DNA from: Chloroflexota bacterium | GTDB lineage: Bacteria > Chloroflexota > UBA11872 > VXOZ01 | DNA: 64,000 nucleotides | Direction of reading: 5' to 3' | NCBI GenBank assembly: GCA_964291655.2 | Contig: OZ219802.1 | Location: forward strand, 1,664,001-1,728,000 | In this document: positions 50,688 through 61,188 of the stretch, piece by piece | Layout of the letters: every line of letters starts with the position of its first letter | Numbering within the stretch: position 1 is the first letter of the stretch | Notes under the pieces: generated by a model | The model's input: the letters and a program-made list of their open reading frames with translations, nothing else | Database searches by the model: none | What the model was told of the DNA's origin: nothing | Position numbers and translations under genes: made by a program

Positions 50688-52556
50688 CTATGTGTCCCGC
50701 AGATGACGATCAAACCATGCCAGCATGCGTCGCATGTAGTCGGCTTGGTTCTCCGGCTGGCGGAACTTGTGCCCTTCACCCGCATAGTGCACGTAATCCA
50801 CTTCCACACCGGCCACCTCCAGTGCGTCGCAGAAGGGCTTGCCCTGCTGCATGCGCGCCATGTGTTCTCCCTCACAGAGTAGGAGCGGCGTGCGCGCCTG
50901 GGCGGCGTATGTTAGCGGCGAAAACGCGCGGTAGTTCTCCGGCACCTCATCAACAGAGCCCCCGAATGCCAGCTCGGCACCGCTGTTGGGCGACGTCGCG
51001 TTGGTTGCGGAGACAAAATCAGTGAGCCCTTCAACGCTAACGGCGGCTGCAAAGCGGTTCGTCTGGGTGATAAGCCAGTTGGTGAGTATAGCACCGGCAC
51101 TATGTCCGCGCAGTCCCAGCCGTGCGGGATCGGCAAGTCCTGTTGCAACGACATAGTCTACACCGGCCATGATGTCTGCAACATCAGGTCGCAAATTGAA
51201 GTCGTGTCCGGTATCGATCATGCGCTGAAAGTGCCGCCAGCCGTAGACACCGCTGGAGCGGTAGTCGGATGCGAAGCAGAGGTAGCCGTGCGCAGCCAGC
51301 CAATGCAGCCCTGTAAAGAACAGTGGGTCATCGCCCAGCAGCCTGTTCGGCGTCCTGCCTGTCGGACCGCCGTGGAGATCAACGATAGTAGGCAGGGGGG
51401 TTTGCGGTGGTCGGTCGGGGCCACAGCCCGGAGGATAGAACAACAAGCCCTCCACTTCCAGACCGTCGAAAGAGCGCCAACAGATGGCTTCCACTTCAAG
51501 TTGGTCTACTCCCGCGATGGTGTCGAGTTGGCAATTCGCTTGCGTCAGCGGGCGAGCCTCAGAACCGTCGGTGGCAACGAGACTAATTTCGGTTAGCCGG
51601 TCCGGCGCCTCCATCGTACAGGCGAGCCAGCGCCCGCCATTGGAAATCATCGGTGTCTTGTGGTTGCTGAGGCCGTGGGTGAGCGCTCTAGCCGCGCCGT
51701 CCTTGAGTGAGACTGCAAAGAGATGTCGCGTGATTGTGCCGTTGTTGCCGGATACGTAGATAGTCTGTCCATCCGAGGACCAGACCGGAGGACTCCCACC
51801 ACGCAGCAGCGTAAAGGGTTCATGAGTGCGGTAGCGAACGCTGGTGTCTTTCAGATTCCAGGTGGCGAGGTTAAAGAGCGCGTTGAAACCATACGGATGG
51901 GGTGTGGCCGCAAATGCCAGCGCCTGCCCGTCGCCGCGCCACGCAGGCCGAGACGTCTGACAGGCGCCGACCGGTATCACACTCTGTATGGCATCTTCAC
52001 CGAGACGCAGCATGCGAACCTCATGGCGATCCAACCAGTCGCCGGGTGCCGAGACAGCCGAACTCCATACGATCCGTTGACTGTCAGGCGACCAAACCGG
52101 TCCACTCAGTAGCAGTTGCGGTTCAGGCGGTGGGTCTATACGTTGCATCGTCTCGCCACTTTCGGCTTCAAGCAGCCAAATAGCGCCGGGCCTGGCGACT
52201 TGCGGGCGCTGCAGGACGCGGCCCTCAAATACGGCCAACCTGAGTCCGTCCGGCGACCAGGCGTACGCTCCTACCGACAAGTCGGCAGGTGGCAGTGGTT
52301 TTGGCCCCGCCTCTGACGTCACATCGTATCGCCAAACGCGCGTGACACCCTCCTGCTCACGCAAGAACGAGAGCCAGCCGTCGGGATGCCATTGCGGATT
52401 GGCGCCGCGACCGACCTTCACGGCCACGCCGCCGGCGGCCACGGTCGTTACCCAGACGCTGCCGTTCTCGACGTAGGCAATGAGCGCAACGTCCGGCGAA
52501 AACTGCGGCTGACCTGCGCCCTGCGGCAAGTTCAGCAAGGTATTAGGTTGAATCAT
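50688..52556 (-). CDS. S9 family (prolyl oligopeptidase / acylaminoacyl peptidase-like) peptidase
   Basis: Propeller WSPD repeats, HGGP, nucleophile motif GHSAG and GEGH; RBS ggagg. Confidence 0.92.
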   Translation of the reverse strand: MIQPNTLLNLPQGAGQPQFSPDVALIAYVENGSVWVTTVAAGGVAVKVGRGANPQWHPDGWLSFLREQEGVTRVWRYDVTSEAGPKPLPPADLSVGAYAWSPDGLRLAVFEGRVLQRPQVARPGAIWLLEAESGETMQRIDPPPEPQLLLSGPVWSPDSQRIVWSSAVSAPGDWLDRHEVRMLRLGEDAIQSVIPVGACQTSRPAWRGDGQALAFAATPHPYGFNALFNLATWNLKDTSVRYRTHEPFTLLRGGSPPVWSSDGQTIYVSGNNGTITRHLFAVSLKDGAARALTHGLSNHKTPMISNGGRWLACTMEAPDRLTEISLVATDGSEARPLTQANCQLDTIAGVDQLEVEAICWRSFDGLEVEGLLFYPPGCGPDRPPQTPLPTIVDLHGGPTGRTPNRLLGDDPLFFTGLHWLAAHGYLCFASDYRSSGVYGWRHFQRMIDTGHDFNLRPDVADIMAGVDYVVATGLADPARLGLRGHSAGAILTNWLITQTNRFAAAVSVEGLTDFVSATNATSPNSGAELAFGGSVDEVPENYRAFSPLTYAAQARTPLLLCEGEHMARMQQGKPFCDALEVAGVEVDYVHYAGEGHKFRQPENQADYMRRMLAWFDRHLRDT

Positions 52557-52796
52557 GGTACGAACCTCCTTACGTTTTTGAGCACCACCCCATTGGGATC
52601 CGCCTACGCCGCTTGCCCCCCGTGAGTCTTTCGCGACTCCAAATCTAAAGCGCACGTCAGGAATGTATCCCTAAAGAGGAAAGATAATAGCAGGATTGAA
52701 GCACGGAATTATGGGGTTAGTCCGAGAAAGTGCCGCTACAAGCAGCAATTTCGGACGACCCTATGCGCCTCCCAATGCGAACCAGGGCAAGTTTCT

Positions 52797-54299
52797 TTAC
52801 GTAGTGACCCAGACCGGCGTCGTCCAGGCGAGCTGGCCGTTGCGGGCGGCGAGGCGGACGTAGTAGTAGTCGGTGTCTCGCTCCGGCTCGGTGTCCACGA
52901 CGGTAGTAGCAAAGGTGTAGTCCTGTGCGGGCACGGCGCGGTGAATGCGCACAGCGGGACTGCGAAAGCCGTCCGTGTGGTGGGCGCGTGTGGCGCTGAG
53001 CAGGTCTGCCAGCGTATGTTCCGCCGTGTAGCCGTTGGCCGTGAGGGTAAGGGTTGCGCCGACCGGCATCTCCAGGTGGAGGATGAGTCCCTGGGTGGTG
53101 GGGTGACGGGTGGTCATGTTGCCGCGCGTCACCGAGCGCCAGGCTATGTATTGCGCGGACTGTTCCTCCACGGCGTGGGGAATCGTCTCGGCGACGCCCT
53201 CGACTTGCTCATGGCGCAGCACCGGATCGCCGCGGAAGCACGTTTCGCAATCCAGAATGACGCCGTCGTTCAAGCGCACCGCCATCTCCCAATCAGCGTC
53301 CTGGTCAACCGCGGACCACCCCCACTCGATGTGCACTTTGGCGCGCAGGCGGCGGCTCTCCTCCGGTACCACATAGCTCGGCAGCGGCGCCCACCGCCGC
53401 CAGACCCTACTATTCTTAACGACCTCGATTGTGTCCCAGAAGTCGGACCCCTCCGCGCTGATGCTGAGCTGCCGCTTGCTGCCGTGGGTCTCGCCGCCCA
53501 GCATGGCTTCATTAATATGGAAACCAACCGCCATTTTGTCGCCAGTGACGGCATACGTGCGGCGCTGCCAGAGCGCGTCCCAGATGGCGTCGCGGGAAAG
53601 CTCCGTGGCGTAGACCGCCAACCGGCCGTCGCCGTACGATCCCGGGTAGCCGGAGTGCTGGTCGGTGGAGGCCACAATGCCGAAACGATGCCCCCGCTCT
53701 AGTCCGGCCTGAATGGTGCTGTTGTGGTCGCGCGGCCCCATGGTGTTCAGCATGGGGTACGGCGCTTCGTCACTCTCGGAGCAGCCGTGCATGGAGAAGG
53801 TCTCAACGATGGGCGAATAGGTGGAGTCGTAGGCGTCCCAGTTGATGCCGCGCCCGCCGAGCGGATAGCCGATGTGGTGGGGTTCGAGAATGAACGGCTG
53901 TCCGGTTTGGATAAGGCTCTCGCGCAGGTCTGCCACCGTATCGCCGCCCAGCAGCGGCCCATGCGTACCCTTGTAGAGCACGTGGTGGTCGCCGTAGCCC
54001 CGCGAGTGCCACTCATAGCTGAGATACGGAACGAAGCCCTGCCCATCGTCGAATGACGCGAACGTATCCTGCACCGTGTCCCAGTTCCTGTGCAGCTTGG
54101 CAAAGCCTTCCTGGTGGTAATCAATGATGGCACCGAACGTTTCGCGGTCGGTCGGTATATCCGGCCAGAAGGCGTGTCCGGTCACGGAGGCAAAATCAAG
54201 CTGCTGCCGCGCCAGCGTCAGCGCCCGCTCCAAGCTGCCGTGCCCGTAGCTGATTCCGCAGTGGTTGTGAATGTCACCCCAGAAGAGTTGGTATGGCAT
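52797..54299 (-). CDS. DUF3604 / PHP-like metal-dependent hydrolase
   Basis: WGDIHNH, TGH, YEW, PHH, STDQH, RRTYAVTG and YYYVR. Confidence 0.85.
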   Translation of the reverse strand: MPYQLFWGDIHNHCGISYGHGSLERALTLARQQLDFASVTGHAFWPDIPTDRETFGAIIDYHQEGFAKLHRNWDTVQDTFASFDDGQGFVPYLSYEWHSRGYGDHHVLYKGTHGPLLGGDTVADLRESLIQTGQPFILEPHHIGYPLGGRGINWDAYDSTYSPIVETFSMHGCSESDEAPYPMLNTMGPRDHNSTIQAGLERGHRFGIVASTDQHSGYPGSYGDGRLAVYATELSRDAIWDALWQRRTYAVTGDKMAVGFHINEAMLGGETHGSKRQLSISAEGSDFWDTIEVVKNSRVWRRWAPLPSYVVPEESRRLRAKVHIEWGWSAVDQDADWEMAVRLNDGVILDCETCFRGDPVLRHEQVEGVAETIPHAVEEQSAQYIAWRSVTRGNMTTRHPTTQGLILHLEMPVGATLTLTANGYTAEHTLADLLSATRAHHTDGFRSPAVRIHRAVPAQDYTFATTVVDTEPERDTDYYYVRLAARNGQLAWTTPVWVTT

Positions 54300-54527
54300 A
54301 CAGGACTCCTAGTTCATGCTTTGGTTTCTTGCCTCATGCCAGCAGGCGGTTGTGGCCTTGGCGCTTCCAGCCGTCTGGCGACCGAAACGTAGTGTAGATA
54401 ACCGTTGCCTAGTATGTAACCACAGGAAAGGCGGAAAGAGAAACCGGCAGAGCGGTTGAAAGTGCCATTCTTTGGAGTAGACTGCAAGTAAGAGCGCTTG
54501 GCCAGTGGCACCGAAAGGAGCCGGGCG

Positions 54528-55865
54528 ATGCTTTCACGGCGGTCGTTATTCGTAACCACGGCAGCACTTGTCGCAGGTTGCGGCAATCCATTGTCCGCGC
54601 CTAGCGTACCCCAAGAGGTCGAGCTTAAGGTGGCGGCGTCCACGAGGCGGTTTGCTTCGTCTGCCTTTCCGCCTTCCGATTGGCTTGAGGGCAAGTATCT
54701 GCGAGCCGTCGCGGCGCTTGAGGCGGATAAAGAGAACCAATTCGGACCAACGCGGGGCGGTTACCGCATTGCGCTGCGCTTCTTCGATGAGATTTATCCG
54801 CGGCCCGACACGCCGCCACAGTCTCCTGAAGAGGTCGAGAAGGATCAAGAGAAAGCGCTCAAAGCGGCGGCGGGATTGCTGGAAGACCTCGAAGCGGATA
54901 TTGTGACCGTCCTGCCGCACGACGCCAATTGGCTGGGGCGGGAAGGACTCTTGCTGCCCTTGGACCGCTTCAGCGGCCCGGGCGAGGCTGCGCTCGACCG
55001 GGAGTTCTACCCAAGTGTCGTAAGCGCACTCCGTAGAGACGGTGCGCTGTATGCGCTGCCTATCGCCGCTCGTCCGCTGATGCTCCACTATGACGAGTAC
55101 TACTTTGCTGCGCAGGGCGTGCCGCCGGTGGATGCAAGCTGGGATTGGAACGACCTAGTGGAGTATGCCGCGAGACTGACGACGTACAAAGAGGATGGCA
55201 CCGTACAGCGCTGGGGGCTAATTGCTCATTTGGAAGGGATCCTGTGGGCGCTATGGCAGAATGAAGCGGCCGCAGTTGACTTGGACAGCCTGCAATGTAG
55301 TCTGCGGGAACCGGCGGCAACGGAGGCTCTGCAGTTCGTGCGAGACCTCATGCACAAGCGGCGCGTCTCTCCACCGGCAACTGGCTTTGAATTGTGGGAG
55401 ATGATCGTTGTTGGGGGTTCCTCGCCCGCGATGCTCTATGATTACTCCCCGTCCTTCTTCGACCGAGGGTCTTTTGTCATGGCCCCGCTGCCCCAGGGAA
55501 AGGTGCGTGCAGTGCCGATGAGAGCTGACATTGGGCTTGCAATTCCCGCGCGGACCCAGAACACGGAGGCGGCGTACGCAGCGTTGATGGCACTTACCCT
55601 CGCCATGCAGAAGGAGGTGATCATACCCGCCGGTAGAGAGGCGGTGGCACGGCTGGCGGAATCCCGCACCAACCTCCGTCCGGCAGAGGTATCGGCGATA
55701 CAGCACTCACTGGAACATGGGCGGGCGGAGCCGGAACCGGGCCTGCAATTCGGCGTGATGTATGAAGTAATGGGACGCATTGTGCGGGGCGAGGACGTAG
55801 CGGCAGCGGTTAACGGCGCGTGCGATCTCGTTCACAAGTATCGGGAGAGGCAACCGAGTCCTTGA
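54528..55865 (+). CDS. Extracellular solute-binding protein (family 1), Tat lipoprotein
   Basis: LSRRSLF, VAGC, LLPLD, GALYALP and WDWNDL. Confidence 0.88.
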   Translation: MLSRRSLFVTTAALVAGCGNPLSAPSVPQEVELKVAASTRRFASSAFPPSDWLEGKYLRAVAALEADKENQFGPTRGGYRIALRFFDEIYPRPDTPPQSPEEVEKDQEKALKAAAGLLEDLEADIVTVLPHDANWLGREGLLLPLDRFSGPGEAALDREFYPSVVSALRRDGALYALPIAARPLMLHYDEYYFAAQGVPPVDASWDWNDLVEYAARLTTYKEDGTVQRWGLIAHLEGILWALWQNEAAAVDLDSLQCSLREPAATEALQFVRDLMHKRRVSPPATGFELWEMIVVGGSSPAMLYDYSPSFFDRGSFVMAPLPQGKVRAVPMRADIGLAIPARTQNTEAAYAALMALTLAMQKEVIIPAGREAVARLAESRTNLRPAEVSAIQHSLEHGRAEPEPGLQFGVMYEVMGRIVRGEDVAAAVNGACDLVHKYRERQPSP

Positions 55866-55901
55866 CGAAAGCGGTTGCGGCGCATGCGGGACGAGTACCG
55901 G

Positions 55902-56246
55902 TTATGCAAGAGGCTTGGGACCTCCATGCTGGGTACCTGCTCTACTCAGGTCTATCCAAATTATGTCCCTCTCGATGGCTTGGCGAAACCTTGGCCGCAG
56001 TGTGTCGAGCATGAGCACGTCTACGTGGCTGCCGAACTGTACCTCCAGGTAATCGACAATGGCGAAGTATTCCCGCAGAGTTTGATGTTCTGGGGGCAAG
56101 TCAATAACGACGTCCAGGTCGCTGCCATCTTGGGATTCACCGCGTGCGACTGAGCCAATCAGCCCAATGGCGGCAACGCCAAGTTCAGCGATGTCGTCGC
56201 GGTGTTGGAAAATAGTCTGAACTACGTCTTCTCTCGTAAGTGGCAT
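55902..56246 (-). CDS. Minimal nucleotidyltransferase (MNT/MntA-like)
   Basis: GSVARGE....SDLD (GS-x10-DxD) and VDV. Confidence 0.88.
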   Translation of the reverse strand: MPLTREDVVQTIFQHRDDIAELGVAAIGLIGSVARGESQDGSDLDVVIDLPPEHQTLREYFAIVDYLEVQFGSHVDVLMLDTLRPRFRQAIERDIIWIDLSRAGTQHGGPKPLA

Positions 56247-56325
56247 GACAGACCGTTCTGACGCTGTGATGCACAGTCTTGCGTACTGATAACCGCCATT
56301 CCCTATTATTCGTAATCTATTCTTC

Positions 56326-57459
56326 TCACACCTCGACCGGAACTCTGGCGTTTTGAAAGATCTCCTGCAGCCGCGCTATCACGGTCGGCACCTCGCTCAG
56401 GCGCAATTCGACGGGGTCTATATAGAAGAAACCTTCGTCGACGTGGTGGGCACGGGGGTGGATAGACGGCGTGCCGGCTTTCAGCGCTTCGCAGACTGCC
56501 TCGGCCGTCGTGCCCGCAATCTGGGGATCTACGATGATCTTTGCTCTGGCCTGCGGGTTGCCGGTGATGTCCGGTTCCGACATGGCCGTAACGCCGGGGA
56601 TGTCCGCCATGGCTGCAACCACGGGGTCTGTTTTTGCATCCATGTCTGCGAAATAGGCGTCGCGGTCGAACGTGCGCAGCCACTCCATGGTGGCGATGAC
56701 GCTGACGATGCCCTCTTTCGTCGGCTTCATGGCGCGTCCCAGGCCCATGGTCTGGCGGGCTGTGGCGTCAATGAGCTCGCGGTTGCCGGCAACCACACCG
56801 GCCGTAAAGCCATTGAGGTGCTTCTGGTCGCTGAAGACCACCGCAGCCGCGCCCTGTTCCAGCAGCTCGCGCGCCAGAAACGCCTCCGCCGCGCCGTCCA
56901 CGATCACGGGCACGCCGTGAGCGTCCGCAATCGCCACAAACTCCGCGAACGAAAGCTGGTTGTGCTGCACGGTATGGTGGGAGAGCACGAAGACAGCAGC
57001 CGTCGTATTGGCATTGATGGCGCGGGCCATATGCTCGGGCAGGGCGCGATTGGCCTCGCCAAACTCCACGGCGGTCGCGCCGCTCATGCGGATCATCTGG
57101 GTGACGGGCGCGCCGAAGTTGACGGCATGGCCCTTCTGGATAATGACTTCGTCTTTCAGGCCGCTCGTATCGGGCAGGGAAAGCACGTTGCCGAGATCGT
57201 CGCCGGTCATGGCCCCGGCGCAGGTCACGGTGATGCCCGCCGCAGCGCAATGGGTTACCGTGCCGGCCTCGGCCCCGGTGGCAGCGGCGATGGCCGCATC
57301 CGCCACCTTTAGGAATTCCGGCATGTCGACGAACTCCGACATGACCTCCATCACGCGGCTCGTCACCTCCGGCGGCACCGCCGCCGCCCCCAGATGCGTC
57401 ATCTTGCCGCAGGCATTGATGATGGGCGTTAGCCCGTAGCGCTCATGAAACTGGGACAT
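56326..57459 (-). CDS. SelA-like / DgaE family PLP-dependent enzyme
   Basis: PIINACGKMTHLG, QKGHAVNFGAP, SHHTVQ, VDGAAE, FSDQK and GRAMKPTKE. Confidence 0.88.
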   Translation of the reverse strand: MSQFHERYGLTPIINACGKMTHLGAAAVPPEVTSRVMEVMSEFVDMPEFLKVADAAIAAATGAEAGTVTHCAAAGITVTCAGAMTGDDLGNVLSLPDTSGLKDEVIIQKGHAVNFGAPVTQMIRMSGATAVEFGEANRALPEHMARAINANTTAAVFVLSHHTVQHNQLSFAEFVAIADAHGVPVIVDGAAEAFLARELLEQGAAAVVFSDQKHLNGFTAGVVAGNRELIDATARQTMGLGRAMKPTKEGIVSVIATMEWLRTFDRDAYFADMDAKTDPVVAAMADIPGVTAMSEPDITGNPQARAKIIVDPQIAGTTAEAVCEALKAGTPSIHPRAHHVDEGFFYIDPVELRLSEVPTVIARLQEIFQNARVPVEV

Positions 57460-57752
57460 GGTTGCCTCTTTCTTGTCAGTTCACCGCAATTGCGTTCGAG
57501 CTAATTCTTCAGTTCTCACACGTCACGCTTATTGTAAAGAATAGCACTCGACTCAAAGGCATGCGCAGTGGAAGTGCCGCATAGGCAGGTGTTTTGACTT
57601 CCAGGCACGTTTACCCGTCGTTAGGACGAGAGGTCGGCAGTTTCGCGGGGCTCTCGTTCGCAAGTCTGCCGGCCACTTGGGCCATCGGCTCTGCAGGAAC
57701 TTTACCTCACTCTCAACGGAAGGCGGGGCTAGGTTGATTTTGCAAAGATTCC

Positions 57753-57930
57753 CCCTCACCCCGGCCCTCTCCCCCAGGAGACCTTTGCACAACTCCGTCA
57801 TTCCGGCGAAAGCCGGAATCCAGAAGGTTGAGGGTAGCTTGCGATCACTCGCTATGAAGCCAAATTTCGCCCTGCACCACCCGGACTTCCCCATCACGGG
57901 GAATGGCTTTTCCAGAAGTCTCCAAAGGCA
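57753..57930. mobile_element. CCCTCACCC REP interrupted by a degenerate GAGACCTTTGC MITE (57778-57922) carrying a GTCATTCC REP
   Basis: ccctcaccccggccctctcccccag|gagacctttgcacaactc cgtcattccggcgaaagccggaatccag ... ttttccagaagtctc. Confidence 0.6.
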
Positions 57931-58149
57931 GAGGATTTCGCAAGGGAAAGGGAGGTCTCGCACGAGGGAGTGGCTCTTTGAGTACTAGAGTGATGAGTTT
58001 TCTCAAATGGTTCCGGCGAGGGTGATGCCAGAATCTGCTGCGGAGTAGGGGGGCCCGATGAACGGTCGTGAGACTGCACTGGATGCAAGTCCCTGCAACA
58101 GCTTGCCGTATATGAGCGAGCCGACAATGCCAAGAGCGTGTCAACCGAG

Positions 58150-58980
58150 TTAAGGCGTTTCGCGTTCCTCAGCGCGAACGCTCTGATACTGGCAGCCTTG
58201 GGAAAAGTGCTGCACGGGCACGCCGGGGAAGTGTCCCTTTAAGTATTCCGCCAGGGAGCGCATGCCCCACTCCTCGGCGGTAGCGTGGTTTACGACCAGC
58301 AGCGGCAGGTCGCGGTCCAGCGCCCAACTCCCGTCTCGCCAGAAGCTCATGCCGTCATCGGTCACCAGCAGTGCGTCGGGCGGGTTGCCCTCCTTGTCGC
58401 GCAGTTGTGCCATATCCGGCACGCGGCAGGCGGCGCCCGTGCCGATGGCCAGGCGCTCCACCGTGCGCGTGAGGTCGCCGACCACCTGCACCTGATCCTG
58501 TCCAATGGCGCTGAGCCGCGCGGCCAGGCTCTGCGCCAAGGCCTGGGCAGTTTGGCTTGGCACCGCATAGAGCCCATACCAGCGGCGCTCGTCCTCGGCC
58601 AGCGGCGGCCCCTCCAGTCCGAGCCCCCGCGCCCAGCTATCGCGGATGCCGTGCGTCGGCATCACGTCCCACACGTCATGGCAGCGGTAGACGACCATGC
58701 CGGTCTCCGCCAGCCAGAGGCCCTTTGCTTCTGTGTAGGTATCGGCATATGCGCCGGGATCGTCATCGCGGTGCACGTAGAAGGTGGGTTCGTGGGTTAC
58801 GAAGAAGCTGAATCCCTGCGCATGCGCGGCTTTGAGCGTGGTAAACTGGCTCTGCCACGCCACGGCAATGCCGCGCACGTCCATGCCGGGATCGCCTGAC
58901 TTGAACGTATCTACGGTATGGCTCCAATCAACCCACGTGCCGACTTCCCGCATGTGCAAGTCGAGTTCAAGCGCGCGCAT
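58150..58980 (-). CDS. Nif3-like dinuclear metal centre protein
   Basis: TVD.FK.GDP, VTHEPTFY, YRCHD and NHATAEEWG. Confidence 0.88.
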   Translation of the reverse strand: MRALELDLHMREVGTWVDWSHTVDTFKSGDPGMDVRGIAVAWQSQFTTLKAAHAQGFSFFVTHEPTFYVHRDDDPGAYADTYTEAKGLWLAETGMVVYRCHDVWDVMPTHGIRDSWARGLGLEGPPLAEDERRWYGLYAVPSQTAQALAQSLAARLSAIGQDQVQVVGDLTRTVERLAIGTGAACRVPDMAQLRDKEGNPPDALLVTDDGMSFWRDGSWALDRDLPLLVVNHATAEEWGMRSLAEYLKGHFPGVPVQHFSQGCQYQSVRAEERETP

Positions 58981-59265
58981 TGAATCCGCCTCTCCTTTAA
59001 ACTTGGCGACGGTTTATCAGAATTCAGTAGACCACTTAGGCACTCTAGCCTGCATTTTGCCGGTCCGTCAAAGGAGGGGAAACCGCATGGAATCGGATTG
59101 GCAGCGCGCACACGGTTCGCGTCAGACATCGTCAGCAGACGCCTGACTGGTAGGCAGCAGGATACTGGAACCCGGTTCGCTTGACCCGGACAGTCACGCG
59201 GTAGCCGATGCGGCCTCCCGGTATAATGAAGTCACCGACTCAAGTGATCTCTCGTGAAGAGCGCC

Positions 59266-61143
59266 ATGGACCATCCCGATCCACTCACACAGCAGTATCG
59301 TTTCTCGCCCCGCCCGCACAGCGCGCACCTCATCCCCTGGCGCACGTGGTCGGAAGCGGCGTTTGCCGAGGCGCAAGCGCGCAACCGGCCTATCCTGCTC
59401 TGCATCACTACGGCGTGGAGCCAGTGGTCGCATCTCATGGACGAGCGGGCGTATTCCGATGACACGGTGCAGTATCTCATCAAAACCGAGTTCGTGCCGG
59501 TGCGGGTGGATGCCGCCGAACGTCCCGACATCGACCGGCGTTACAATCGCGGCGGCTGGCCCACCACAGCATTTCTCACGCCGGAAGGCGAGCTCATGGC
59601 GGGGGCTACCTACATTCCCGTGCAGGAGATGCGCGACTTTCTGGTGGAACTCGCCGAAGAGTACCGCAAGAATCGCGACACTATCCGCGAGAAGCTCGGC
59701 GCGTTGGAAGAGAAGCGGCGGGAGGCTGAGGCTGCTGAGAAGGCCACGGACGGCGTGCTTACGCCCGCAATCGCCGCCGAATCGGTCGCCTACATCACCG
59801 CCGCGTTTGACCGCGTGAACGGCGGCCTCGGCGACGCTCCCAAATTCACCCATACGGAAGCGCTGGGTCTTGCGCTGGAGTGGTGCCAGCATGCGCTGGA
59901 CTACGATCTGGCTGCTCTGGTCAAACACTCCCTCGACATCATGGCGCTGAGCAACCTCTTCGAGCGGGAGGACGGGGTATTCTTCCGGTTTGCCAACGAC
60001 GCCCAGTGGGAAGACCCGGAACGTGAATGCACGCTGGAAGAGAATGCGGCGCTGGCCTCGCTCTACATGGAAGCCGCACACGTCTTTCGTGAGGAAGGCT
60101 TCACACAGACCGGCGCGCGTGTGCTGCAGTTCTTGGTCGCGAAGCTGTGCGATCCCGCTACCGGAGCGTTCTACGCGGGTTTCTTTGCCCCGGACGCGTA
60201 CTACAACCTTCCTGCGGCACAACGGATCGCGTTCGGCGAAACATGCATCGATCCGGTAGTCCACGCCAAGGAGAACGCGCTGGCGGCGCAGGCTTTCCTG
60301 GATGCCTACCGCACGACGGAAGACTCCGCCTACTGCGACCACGCGGTTGCGATACTATCGCATCTCTGGCACGCGATGTGGGACCCGGAACGCGGCATGG
60401 CGCGCAATTGGAGCGGAGCCTGCGACCCTGTCGATAACGGCGACCCGATCGGAACCGCGTACGGCTGGGGGTGGCTGCCGGACCAAGCCGCCGCCGCCCG
60501 CGCCTTGGTGCAGGCTTACGAAATCACAGGCGAACGAACGTATTTGGACCGAGCGCAAGCGGTAGCCAACCACATCCTGCGCGTCCATCATGATCCTGCG
60601 ACCGGCGGCTTTTGGGACAGCGTTCCTAGACTCGCCGCTGCTTGGGGTGACGAAGAGTCGGAGGCGCCGCTGGGGCTCCTGGCCCAGCGTCAGGAGGTGA
60701 TGGCAGATACGGCGGCAGTGGCTGAGCTCCTGATTCGCCTGTGGCGTCTGACCACCAGGGAAGACTATCGCTCGAGCGCCCAGACGGCGCTCGCAAACTA
60801 TGCAGATTCGTTTCGGTACTTTGGGCATTTCGGCGCGCCCTACGGACAGGCGGTAGACCGTCTGCTGCGCGAGCCGACGCATATACTCGTGGTCGGCGCG
60901 CGCGCCGCGCCAGCGGCACACGCCCTGTTTCAACAGGCGCTGCGCATCCATACGCCGGGGCAAATCGTGCAATGGCTTGATCCGGAGCAAGACGCGGACC
61001 TGCTAGCTGCGCGAGGAATGGCAGTAGCAGACAGTACACCGGTGGCACGGGTCTATAGTGGTGCGGATGAGGTGGCACAGGCCGCCACGGCTGCAGAGCT
61101 TGCGGCTCGCTTCGAGCACGTGGAGCAGCAGGAAGAGAATTGA
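59266..61143 (+). CDS. DUF255 thioredoxin-domain / six-hairpin (YyaL-like) protein
   Basis: IPW..WSE.AF..A, VD..ERPDID, GGWPTT.FLTP.G, APKF and ENA. Confidence 0.9.
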   Translation: MDHPDPLTQQYRFSPRPHSAHLIPWRTWSEAAFAEAQARNRPILLCITTAWSQWSHLMDERAYSDDTVQYLIKTEFVPVRVDAAERPDIDRRYNRGGWPTTAFLTPEGELMAGATYIPVQEMRDFLVELAEEYRKNRDTIREKLGALEEKRREAEAAEKATDGVLTPAIAAESVAYITAAFDRVNGGLGDAPKFTHTEALGLALEWCQHALDYDLAALVKHSLDIMALSNLFEREDGVFFRFANDAQWEDPERECTLEENAALASLYMEAAHVFREEGFTQTGARVLQFLVAKLCDPATGAFYAGFFAPDAYYNLPAAQRIAFGETCIDPVVHAKENALAAQAFLDAYRTTEDSAYCDHAVAILSHLWHAMWDPERGMARNWSGACDPVDNGDPIGTAYGWGWLPDQAAAARALVQAYEITGERTYLDRAQAVANHILRVHHDPATGGFWDSVPRLAAAWGDEESEAPLGLLAQRQEVMADTAAVAELLIRLWRLTTREDYRSSAQTALANYADSFRYFGHFGAPYGQAVDRLLREPTHILVVGARAAPAAHALFQQALRIHTPGQIVQWLDPEQDADLLAARGMAVADSTPVARVYSGADEVAQAATAAELAARFEHVEQQEEN

Positions 61144-61188
61144 GTTGTGTGTGCCGCGCCGGTCGTCAATGAGGACTCACTAGAACGC

